Source: a virus (taxonomy: Duplodnaviria; Caudoviricetes). From it: a DNA stretch of 33,769 nt. Both the position numbers and the translations under genes were made by a program. Positions within the stretch are counted from its first letter, which is position 1. Each line of letters begins with the position of its first letter. The stretch spans positions 1 to 33,769 of the IMG/VR virus record IMGVR_UViG_3300038315_000737. One strand, given 5' to 3'. The notes beneath the pieces are model-generated. The model saw nothing but the letters and a program-made list of their open reading frames with translations. It was not told the origin of the DNA and searched no databases. Below, piece by piece: positions 1 through 8,384 of the stretch.

Positions 1-156
1 GTGTGTCGTCCCTGTTTTTGGTATACCGGGGATTGGATGTGGGAGTGTGCGATGGGTTGGGACAAAGCGTGTATGACCAGCGTATCCATTAAACATGTTT
101 TGGATGCGGCGTGCGGGGTGCTAAATGGAGAGCATGGCAGTTGTAGCAGTGGTTGA
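1..156 (+). CDS. C-terminal fragment of a probable GT9 (heptosyltransferase-like) glycosyltransferase, 5' truncated by the window
   Basis: Frame 1 reads VCRPCFWYTGDWMWECAMGWDKACMTSVSIKHVLDAA... to TGA 154-156; the CxPC...C...CM..v....V..A pattern is typical of GT9 C-termini; precedes other glycan genes. Confidence 0.55.
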   Translation: MCRPCFWYTGDWMWECAMGWDKACMTSVSIKHVLDAACGVLNGEHGSCSSG

Positions 157-982
157 TACCGATTACTGGCATTGGGTTCCGCTGTTTGTTCACTCTGCCA
201 ACTTTGCTTATCCAGAATACACACCCGTGATATTTGGGCATGGCGATCAACCGGAATCCGTTCGCAACCTATGCGTTGGGATGAACTGCCAGATCTACCC
301 ACATGCTTTAGACGACTATATTCAGTCACCGCTTGGCACCAAATGCGCGCGATGGCTGTTTAACCATCCGGCACTCCATGAGTTCCGGACGGTCTGGATG
401 TGTGATGTGGACCATATCGTTATTCGTGAAGAGGTATCCATCCAGGAATTGCATCTGCTAGACTGTGTTAAAGAGGGGCTGTGCTATTCTAACACCTTCC
501 ACGGCGAAGGCCCTGAACGCGGTTTGCGGATGATGGGGAACAGCCATTTTTACGTTGTCGAACCGTATCTCGAGAAGATGACACCGATAATTGCGAAGTA
601 TCAACACCTTGTCAAAACTGACGAGGGGATGGCGTGGCTAAAAAGTGAATGGTTCAACCATCTGCTAGGCAGGGCTGATAACCAAAACATCTTGTATCGG
701 CTTATTGTTGAAGCGAGGTTGGGACTTCCGCAAGAAACACTGAATCCGCTTCGTGTCTATCATGGTGTCCATTTAGGGCACAGCCGAGAGCCGGGACGGT
801 GGGAACTGTTCTGCAAACAGCAGACGGATTTTCGCACAATGCCGGGGCCAATCGCTCATTATTACCACCATTTTTTAGAACTGGAATCAACTGCGAAGTA
901 TCAAACGCTGTATGATGCGGCCCCGAAATTCGTCACTGAGTCAATCGATACATTTGATAAAGCATGCGAACTAACATTGTAG
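125..982 (+). CDS. Putative GT-A fold glycosyltransferase-like protein
   Basis: 285-aa ORF with a DxD motif after a hydrophobic strand (VWMCDVDH); lies within the glycan cluster. Confidence 0.5.
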   Translation: MESMAVVAVVDTDYWHWVPLFVHSANFAYPEYTPVIFGHGDQPESVRNLCVGMNCQIYPHALDDYIQSPLGTKCARWLFNHPALHEFRTVWMCDVDHIVIREEVSIQELHLLDCVKEGLCYSNTFHGEGPERGLRMMGNSHFYVVEPYLEKMTPIIAKYQHLVKTDEGMAWLKSEWFNHLLGRADNQNILYRLIVEARLGLPQETLNPLRVYHGVHLGHSREPGRWELFCKQQTDFRTMPGPIAHYYHHFLELESTAKYQTLYDAAPKFVTESIDTFDKACELTL

Positions 983-1653
983 CCTTATTCAGAAATAACG
1001 CAGGCCTAATCGACGGCTTCTTCGAGGCGTTAGGCAGACATCTTTATCCGCCGATGGTGATGTTGGACCAGCACAGCAAAGATGGGACGCTTGATCTTTT
1101 GACGAAATATGCGCGGGATTGTGATGCGATTATCAATCTAGAGCAAAACTTGCCGGTCCCTGAAGCACGTAACATCGGCGTAGAATGGTCTGCTGTAGAC
1201 GTTCACATCTTTTTAGACAGTGATATGCTTATATCAACGTCAGTGATGCCACTGGCGGACAACTTTATCACCTATCCTGATGCGGGGATTGTAACAGGCA
1301 CATCAATCGCCCCACATAACGGCGAGATGAACAATGGTATCTGTTTCGCGGCATTACGCCGTGACACCTACGATAAAATCGGTGGCTTCCACGAGGGCTA
1401 TACGCTGTATTGCGATGATACCGAATACTTTGAAAGTGTAAACCGGCTGGGACTCCGTGTCTATCATTGCCCAGAATGTGTCGGCGTGCATATCGGCGGG
1501 ATGACAATAACGCACGGCAGCGAATCGTATCAACGCGAGAAATGCCTTAAAGAGGATTTAGCGTTATTGCACAAACGGCGTGCCATACTTGACACCAAGT
1601 CAAACGCCGATTCAAGGCGGCCATTTGTATATGATTTCAAGGCAGCGGTTTGA
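964..1653 (+). CDS. Glycosyltransferase family 2
   Basis: LDQHSKDGT, ARNIG, IFLDSD (DxD), IGGFHEGY..YCDDTE motifs. Confidence 0.85.
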   Translation: MRTNIVALFRNNAGLIDGFFEALGRHLYPPMVMLDQHSKDGTLDLLTKYARDCDAIINLEQNLPVPEARNIGVEWSAVDVHIFLDSDMLISTSVMPLADNFITYPDAGIVTGTSIAPHNGEMNNGICFAALRRDTYDKIGGFHEGYTLYCDDTEYFESVNRLGLRVYHCPECVGVHIGGMTITHGSESYQREKCLKEDLALLHKRRAILDTKSNADSRRPFVYDFKAAV

Positions 1654-2203
1654 GCATCTATTTTGTGACTATGAGCATACACCTGTCCAAAACTATTTTG
1701 AACTGTTTGAGCTGTTCACATGGTTCGATGGCAGGGTCACGGGAAATGCGATTATCGAGATCGGGACGTTTCACGGTGGCACGCTGCGTTTCTGGCATGA
1801 GATACTACAGGGCGATGGCGTATTGATTTCAATCGATAACAATGCCAGGGGATCTATTCCGCATGTGCAAAAGGCGTTCTCACATGATAGCAGGGTCCAT
1901 TTCATCATTGATGACAGTCGAAGCAAGTCAGCATTTGATGCTGTACAGTCGATACTCGGTGAACGTCAGGCTGACATTCTTTTTATCGATGGCGATCACG
2001 CATATCAGAACGTATGCTTTGATGTGGACACTTACGGGCAATTGGTTCGCCCTGGGGGGTATATTGTGATGCACGATATTTCAGCGGGTGGCCCTAAATG
2101 CAAATGGGATTTAGAGTTGGCAACCACACCGCACGGGTATCGTGGCTTTATATCGTTCATGGGTGGGACTAAACCCGTGGGGATCGGGTTGATGCTAAAA
2201 TGA
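1631..2203 (+). CDS. Class I SAM-dependent methyltransferase (Methyltransf_24-like)
   Basis: IEIGTFHGGT, ILFIDGDHAY, VRPGGYIVMHD; ATG 1631 preferred over GTG 1580. Confidence 0.85.
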   Translation: MISRQRFEHLFCDYEHTPVQNYFELFELFTWFDGRVTGNAIIEIGTFHGGTLRFWHEILQGDGVLISIDNNARGSIPHVQKAFSHDSRVHFIIDDSRSKSAFDAVQSILGERQADILFIDGDHAYQNVCFDVDTYGQLVRPGGYIVMHDISAGGPKCKWDLELATTPHGYRGFISFMGGTKPVGIGLMLK

Positions 2204-2724
2204 ACTTTAAGGACTTTATCGACACAGAAAGCTATTGCGAAGCAATAAAGAATCTCGCAGCGATTGCCTCACCCGACGGCGTTATCCTAGAGCTGGGTGT
2301 CGGTTCCGGCGCGTCTGGTATCTGGATGTATGCAGGTGCGCAAGAGGGCACAGGCTGCGAAGTGTTCGGCGTTGACAACTTCTCGATGGACGGTGTGAGC
2401 TTTACTGTCTCAGAGCTGAACCGGAAAGCTCACAGCGTGGTCGAACATGTATTAGCCATGTCAACCGAAACGGCTGCAAAGATCTGGGGTGCAAAGATAA
2501 GCCTGTTATTCATCGATGCCGATCACAGCTACGAGGCTGCGCGACTAGACTTTGAGCGGTTCTTTTCGCATGTGGTACTCGGTGGGTTTATCATCTTCCA
2601 CGACAGCGAACGGGACGGGGTGAAGCAAGCCATCTCGGAGATCTCGGCGTTACTGACAAATATCACTGAAAAGATATATGATGACGGGCGAGGTTGTTTG
2701 TTTGCTCAGAAAGCGGCGTTATGA
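2200..2724 (+). CDS. Class I SAM-dependent methyltransferase (Methyltransf_24-like)
   Basis: LELGVGSGAS, LLFIDADHSYE, GGFIIFHD; ATGA overlap with the upstream gene. Confidence 0.85.
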   Translation: MNFKDFIDTESYCEAIKNLAAIASPDGVILELGVGSGASGIWMYAGAQEGTGCEVFGVDNFSMDGVSFTVSELNRKAHSVVEHVLAMSTETAAKIWGAKISLLFIDADHSYEAARLDFERFFSHVVLGGFIIFHDSERDGVKQAISEISALLTNITEKIYDDGRGCLFAQKAAL

Positions 2725-2882
2725 TTTCATGGACAGACCTAAAGAACTTGATATTGTGCCTTATTTCGGAATGGCGTATAAGCCCACCATCAAGCCCAGC
2801 GTACCAGTGGCAGAGCGAACCGGCTGCGGCGAAGAATTGGCGTGTAGGGCCGCCGAGTGGCGGTAGTTGGAGGAACCGATAA
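2721..2882 (+). CDS. Small hypothetical protein (53 aa)
   Basis: ATGA overlap at the start and TAATG overlap at the end suggest translational coupling on both sides. Confidence 0.45.
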   Translation: MISWTDLKNLILCLISEWRISPPSSPAYQWQSEPAAAKNWRVGPPSGGSWRNR

Positions 2883-3841
2883 TGCTGGCAAGCGATATAA
2901 TCACAGAAATTATCGATGACATGGGGTACGACTCGACAGACGCGACAACGATCGAGGTGTATCGCAAACACTTGAATCGCGCATTAAAAGACGTGGTCAA
3001 CCGATCGCGCTGCATCCAGAAAACGCAGTTCCATGCTGCGGTTGCAGATCAATTTGAGTACGCATTGCCTTCTGACTTCCTACGTGTGGACGTGGCGAAA
3101 TGGCAGGACGACCCACCATTACAGAAGGCGTCTTTATCGTCTATCCATGCGGGCCGATGGTTCGCAAAGACTTCGGACCGCCCGTCATGGTATGATGTGT
3201 GGGGGAACGCAAGAAAGCAACGCGCAACCGGTACAGCGACAAGCGGTAGTAGCACGACACTGGTGGATACAACCGTTGCGGACTTTGGGGCGATAACCGA
3301 TCCGGTATTAGTCGATGACTTGGTGTTGAACACGCCAGACGATAGCGAAGCGACAGTCACCAGCATTTCGGGTAGTACCGTGACCTTCTCCGGCGGGTTG
3401 GCGGGCGGAAGTGACAACATCTTCGCCGCAAGCGATGCCTACATTATCCAGAGCGCAGGCGCTCCGCTGAAGGTACTGGTTATCCATCCCGCTGTGGCAA
3501 GTGCTGATGCCACGGGCGTTGAATCATTGGCTGTACTGTACGCTGCAAAGCACCGGGAGATAACGGCTGCGAACCTCACTAGCGGTAACGATGACCTTGA
3601 ACTTGATGAAGAGCTGGAAGCTGCGTTGATCCACCGGGTTGAGTATTGGGCCTGGGGCGCTGGCACGCCGCAACGTCAACAAGCGCTAATTGACTATCGG
3701 ACCGAATACCGAAATGTTATCCCACGGGTAAACAAACGTATCAGAGAAAATATCAGCTTCTGGCATCGCAACTCGATTATCTTCAAGAATAACATTACAG
3801 GAACTAACCGCGTATTCACGCGCAACAGTGTAGTGATATAA
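2882..3841 (+). CDS. Head-to-tail adaptor / tail tubular protein A-like, with an inserted beta module
   Basis: GGAGG RBS 8 nt before ATG 2882; HLNRALKDV, EYALPSDFLRV, PSWY and C-terminal ALIH..Y helix typical of adaptor proteins; sits before the tail-tube gene. Confidence 0.65.
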   Translation: MLASDIITEIIDDMGYDSTDATTIEVYRKHLNRALKDVVNRSRCIQKTQFHAAVADQFEYALPSDFLRVDVAKWQDDPPLQKASLSSIHAGRWFAKTSDRPSWYDVWGNARKQRATGTATSGSSTTLVDTTVADFGAITDPVLVDDLVLNTPDDSEATVTSISGSTVTFSGGLAGGSDNIFAASDAYIIQSAGAPLKVLVIHPAVASADATGVESLAVLYAAKHREITAANLTSGNDDLELDEELEAALIHRVEYWAWGAGTPQRQQALIDYRTEYRNVIPRVNKRIRENISFWHRNSIIFKNNITGTNRVFTRNSVVI

Positions 3842-5925
3842 TGCCGAAACGGATTGACTGGAGCTTAGAAAACTTCAACGCAGGCATGCACACCGACGCG
3901 AAGCGCACAGAGCGCAGCGAGATATTTAGCGTTGACCAGTTCGGCGTGCGTGCAGACAACAACGGCAACCTATCGAACCGTTATGTGATCCGCTCGGTGG
4001 CGAATTTCGCATCGGTGGTGAGCGGGTTAGCCCACTCTCGGAACGGACAAAATCCGGTCACAACCTATCTACGCGCAACGGGCATTTTGCAGTTGTATCG
4101 ATCCGGTGCGGCTGATACAACGCTGGTTACTGATACCGATCTGACCGGCAAACTCTCCAGCGACTTCGCATTAAAAGACGTGGTGGTGCTGACCAGTGAA
4201 GGCGATGACCGTGGGAAATGGATCGATTTAAGCAACGGCGAGGCGTTGGCACTTGCATATCCGCTGACGATTCCTGAACCGGACGTGAAAAGTGTAACAC
4301 TTGTTGATGGCGGGACTTCCGGCGGCATGCAGGCGAGTGCGCTGTATTTCTATGCGCTAACATATCATCGGCATTTTTCGCCGTTGGACGGTTCAGAATC
4401 CCGAATGAGTAACACGCTAACGGTTACAACGAGTGCGGGAGCCGATAATCGAGAAGTCGACTTGGCAGTGCTGCCAGCGTCAACGGTTGCTGCAACGGGT
4501 GCGGACGAGATTCGGATATGGCGATCGGTGGGTGATCCGCCTTCCGGCTATACCGGCACAGCAACGGGCGGAGGGTCTACCACGGTTTCTGAGACAGGTC
4601 AGACCTGGGAAGGTGCGGGGATTGTTCCAGGCCGTATCGTCATGAATACCACGGACGAATCTGAAGGGGTTATCACCGATGTGGACGTAGCACAAGATAC
4701 GATCGTCTGCGCTGCGGGGTTCACTGGCGGCACGGACAACACCTTTGAAGCGGGCGACAGTTACCGGATAATTGTGCCGGATCTGCCGATGTATCTCACC
4801 GGGACTGTCTCTATTGCCGATACGACGTTCACCGACACACGCAGCGATACAAGCCTGATAGACTCTTCGCGCGCGGGCTATGCGCTTTTGGACAATGTGG
4901 AGAGCCGGACGGTCAATCCGCTGCCAACAACATGCCGCAACCTTGCGGTCTATAATGACCGGGTGTTTGCTGCATGCGAAACGGAGCTACGCTACTCAGA
5001 CCTTCGCGCAGGTGTGCCGATCTGGCTGTCATTCCCCACAGCGAATAATATCGTTGTGAATGCCGAGATACTGTTCTGCACCAGATACCGGGGCTTGTTA
5101 TTGTTCGGCGGGCCTGATGGGATATGGCGTTTGACAGGCGGCACAGAATTTGACTTTCGGATCGAGCAGATCTCAACCACTGGGCCGGTTGATGCGTTCG
5201 CATGGGGTCAAGACGATCAGTTCCTGTGGTTCGTCGGTGTGCATGGTTTGCATGTCTGTGATGGCACAAGCGTGCAGGGCATAGGCTATCCTGATAAAGT
5301 GGCTGCGCCGTTACGGACCTTTTTTCTCAATAACGCGGTCAAAACCGGGGCGGCTGTACCGTTGCCGAATGGCGAGGTCTTGTTTAATGCATACATGAAT
5401 CCCGTATCCGGTGATGATAAGGCGTTGCAGTTCTTGCGTAGGACCGATGGGACATGGGAGAAGTGGGAGGATTTCAACGTCCTACAGGGTCACCAGGTCG
5501 TGACAACGTCGGGCGGCGAGAAAACGGTTGATGTGTTCGTCGTTGAAGATGGCGAAAACGAGATTCGAGAGATATTGTGGGACCGATCCGGGCTGACAAC
5601 GGATAGCACAAACGAGTCCGCAACGATCGAGATCGATTGGCTGTGGCAGACACAGATAATGGATTTCGATGACTTAGGGATTGCCGATCAGAAAAAGTTT
5701 TACATGTACCTTGAGATAGAGATTGAAGCGGCGAAAACGATAACGGTCACGGTCACGATCAACGGAACAGACGTTATATCCGGTGTGGCGTATTCGGTCA
5801 CAGCGCATCCGATACGGCCGTACAGGATACCGATAAACCGAAGCGGCGAGAATATACAGGTAAAGATGACCGGGACCACGGCGACGGTTATCAGAGCGTT
5901 ACGGATTGTTGGGAGTACGTTATGA
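3841..5925 (+). CDS. Tail tubular protein B / P22 gp10-like stabilisation protein
   Basis: 694 aa, N-terminal NFNAGM, propeller-like blades (YNDRVFAA, LRYSD, LLLFGGPDGIWRLTG), C-terminal beta-sandwich; synteny. Confidence 0.65.
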   Translation: MPKRIDWSLENFNAGMHTDAKRTERSEIFSVDQFGVRADNNGNLSNRYVIRSVANFASVVSGLAHSRNGQNPVTTYLRATGILQLYRSGAADTTLVTDTDLTGKLSSDFALKDVVVLTSEGDDRGKWIDLSNGEALALAYPLTIPEPDVKSVTLVDGGTSGGMQASALYFYALTYHRHFSPLDGSESRMSNTLTVTTSAGADNREVDLAVLPASTVAATGADEIRIWRSVGDPPSGYTGTATGGGSTTVSETGQTWEGAGIVPGRIVMNTTDESEGVITDVDVAQDTIVCAAGFTGGTDNTFEAGDSYRIIVPDLPMYLTGTVSIADTTFTDTRSDTSLIDSSRAGYALLDNVESRTVNPLPTTCRNLAVYNDRVFAACETELRYSDLRAGVPIWLSFPTANNIVVNAEILFCTRYRGLLLFGGPDGIWRLTGGTEFDFRIEQISTTGPVDAFAWGQDDQFLWFVGVHGLHVCDGTSVQGIGYPDKVAAPLRTFFLNNAVKTGAAVPLPNGEVLFNAYMNPVSGDDKALQFLRRTDGTWEKWEDFNVLQGHQVVTTSGGEKTVDVFVVEDGENEIREILWDRSGLTTDSTNESATIEIDWLWQTQIMDFDDLGIADQKKFYMYLEIEIEAAKTITVTVTINGTDVISGVAYSVTAHPIRPYRIPINRSGENIQVKMTGTTATVIRALRIVGSTL

Positions 5926-6197
5926 GAAAAGCGATATACCAGAAAGCTGAAAATTCGGAGATGGTTATTCCGTTTAGTGCAATAACCTATGCGCAGATGC
6001 GGAACGGTGAGCTGTTGATCGAGTCTGCGGGGCGGAAGTGCTTTTTCCCGTTACCCGAATCACTACGGATCTGGCGTGATATTCAAGCATATTTTGAGGT
6101 GAACGATGCAAGCACCGGAGATGTTTCGGGACCGAAACGCAAGCGAACAGATACGCCGGATCGACGAAGAAAAACAGCGAAGGACGTTTCTGCTTGA
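5922..6197 (+). CDS. Hypothetical protein
   Basis: ATGA-coupled to the upstream gene; its 3' 92 nt overlap the next ORF. Confidence 0.5.
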   Translation: MRKAIYQKAENSEMVIPFSAITYAQMRNGELLIESAGRKCFFPLPESLRIWRDIQAYFEVNDASTGDVSGPKRKRTDTPDRRRKTAKDVSA

Positions 6198-6303
6198 GGA
6201 CGATTCAACGCCACAGACAGAACTGGGCGTGCCCGGTGATTTCGCTGTAAACTCGACGGCCGCATGGGTTAAACTGACCAATAATACCTGGCTATCGATT
6301 TGA
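6106..6303 (+). CDS. Small hypothetical (possibly virion) protein
   Basis: GAGGT RBS upstream; ends just before the next RBS. Confidence 0.5.
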   Translation: MQAPEMFRDRNASEQIRRIDEEKQRRTFLLEDDSTPQTELGVPGDFAVNSTAAWVKLTNNTWLSI

Positions 6304-6313
6304 GAGGTGACAT

Positions 6314-6964
6314 ATGATACCAATTCTACAGCTGGCGAATAGTCTGCACGGCGTGTTCGGCGTTGACGATGCCTTGCTAATCCAGGGCGGTATCGCTGCC
6401 GGATCAGCTGTCCTCGGTGGGCTGTTCGGTGGTGACGATGAAGCGAAGAAGCTCCAAGAAGAGGTCTTGCGAGAGCGTATCCAGTTTGCGAAAGGGTTGC
6501 GGCGTCGTGCGGAAGGCAACCTGACAGGCCAGCAGAGCCAAAACCTGTTAGCTGCTGCCGAACCACGGCTAAACCAGATCGCCGCAAATGTGTCGGCGCG
6601 GGGCTTAGGTCAATCGGGTGCGGGTGCGCAGGTGTTGGCACAAGCGACGGGCGATGTGTTTCGCCAGGACCAGGACCGGGCTGCGGCGTTATTGCCGGGT
6701 GTGCTGGCTGGCAGTTCTCAAGCGGCAGGACAGTTGGCATCACTTGAGGCGCAGGAAAATCAGGGGTTTACCAGTGCGTTAGCGGGGTTTGCACGCAACT
6801 TTGCGATAGTGCAAGGGCTGCGAGGCCAGCAGAGTGCTACACCGGGCGCTAATGGTGTCGGCATACCTACCGGACCTGTTGATGCGCTTATATCACCGGA
6901 GTTGAGTGATACGGTGGACCTGATTTTCAATGCGGTCAAGGGTGGATTCTCACAGATAGGGTGA
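6314..6964 (+). CDS. Probable internal virion / DNA ejection (pilot) protein
   Basis: Gly/Ala-rich hydrophobic N-terminus (IQGGIAAGSAVLGGLFGG), Gln/Ala-rich helices, ARGLGQSG motif; podovirus synteny. Confidence 0.6.
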   Translation: MIPILQLANSLHGVFGVDDALLIQGGIAAGSAVLGGLFGGDDEAKKLQEEVLRERIQFAKGLRRRAEGNLTGQQSQNLLAAAEPRLNQIAANVSARGLGQSGAGAQVLAQATGDVFRQDQDRAAALLPGVLAGSSQAAGQLASLEAQENQGFTSALAGFARNFAIVQGLRGQQSATPGANGVGIPTGPVDALISPELSDTVDLIFNAVKGGFSQIG

Positions 6965-6968
6965 TATT

Positions 6969-8384
6969 ATGGCATTTAATGTAAGGGCGGCTGTCCAGAG
7001 TCTCGCAACAACGGCAAATGCATTCATGGAAGCACAGATAGCGGTGACGCAAGCGGCTGATGCGAAAGCGCGTCAAGCTGCAGAGGCGTTGCTTGAAGAA
7101 CGAAAGATACAACTCTCTGAAGCGAATCAACTGTTTAGAGAACAACAAGAGGTCAACATACAAGAGCGATTTCAGGTAGAACAGAACCGCTTAAAAACAC
7201 AGGCACAACAGACAACGGCACTCAAGCAACACATTGCAGCAGAAAAAGCCAAGCAGGAAGCGATACAACAAAGAGGCGAGGTTATCCGGCAGCGTGAAGG
7301 GTTTGAGCAAGAGACGACAGAACGAATTGCGAAAGAGAAGTTTGAGGCAGGCGAGAGCGTGTTAGACCGTGCAAGCCGTGAGAAGGTGGCGGCTACACGA
7401 AGTACGCAAGGCGGAAATGTAGACCTGTCACGGTTCACAGGGCAGCAGATACTTAATGCTACAAACTTGCTTACAACACGTTTCGGGCGCAGGATTGCGA
7501 ACCGTCAAGACCTTGTCTTAAAAGTTTTGGAGATGACAGAAGCGGATATGACCATTGACGAAATAGATGATACTATTCGCAGGTCCGGTATATCTCCAGA
7601 ATTTGCAGAAAGCCCAATTCGGGCGGCATTCAATTCGGTGGCTGTGACAATGTCGGCTACAGAGCGTGAGCAACTGGAACACGTTATCGATCAGCGGCTT
7701 GAAGCGGGCGATGTGCAAGGTGCGCAACGTGAGCTGATGAGCGGTATTGTCAAGCAGATGGACGGTAAAACGCGGCAAGAACATCTCGACAGGCAAGAGA
7801 TGTTAGCATCGTTATCGGAGATCCGTAACGGTTTGAATGCGTTAGCTGATGCGGGCATATCTGACCTGGGGCCGGGCACTGCGATAGAAAACTGGTTGCG
7901 CGAAAAAGGAAGATTAGAACAGCGCCCTGAGATCGCGCGGTTAATCCAGCGGATGCGAAACATTTTTGTGATATTTCGGGGTCAAATGTCGGGGGCAAAC
8001 TTTGGTGTGGCCGAAAATGAAGGTTACAAGCAGATATTCCCATCGCCTGATAAGAATTTGGGCATGAATCGGGCGATTTTAGACTCTTTAATCGCAACGA
8101 ACCTGCAGAACGGGCGCAACGTGCTGTCAACGATTGTGCCGGGGCTTGCTGATGTTGTCCAGCAAGAAGATATTCACGATTTTCTAATCGGTTCGGTGAA
8201 TCCTGCTAGCGCGATAACGGGCGGCACGACGTTGACAACAGATCAAAGTGACCAAATGATAACAATTGCGATAACCCAAAAAGAGCAGGGCGCAACACCG
8301 GAGCAGATCCGGGCGCAACTTGAAGCACTGAATATATCGCCCGATCAGGTCAACGAAATCATGCGGGCTTCGGAGGTGCGATAA
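6969..8384 (+). CDS. Probable internal virion / ejection protein (coiled-coil)
   Basis: 471 aa, helical with Q/E/A-rich N-half; lies between the pilot and large ejection proteins. Confidence 0.6.
   Translation: MAFNVRAAVQSLATTANAFMEAQIAVTQAADAKARQAAEALLEERKIQLSEANQLFREQQEVNIQERFQVEQNRLKTQAQQTTALKQHIAAEKAKQEAIQQRGEVIRQREGFEQETTERIAKEKFEAGESVLDRASREKVAATRSTQGGNVDLSRFTGQQILNATNLLTTRFGRRIANRQDLVLKVLEMTEADMTIDEIDDTIRRSGISPEFAESPIRAAFNSVAVTMSATEREQLEHVIDQRLEAGDVQGAQRELMSGIVKQMDGKTRQEHLDRQEMLASLSEIRNGLNALADAGISDLGPGTAIENWLREKGRLEQRPEIARLIQRMRNIFVIFRGQMSGANFGVAENEGYKQIFPSPDKNLGMNRAILDSLIATNLQNGRNVLSTIVPGLADVVQQEDIHDFLIGSVNPASAITGGTTLTTDQSDQMITIAITQKEQGATPEQIRAQLEALNISPDQVNEIMRASEVR

Noticed and set aside
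2678-2866. 62-aa ORF in the alternative frame before the adaptor
   Set aside because: The 2721-2882 frame is coupled at both ends and fits the gap better
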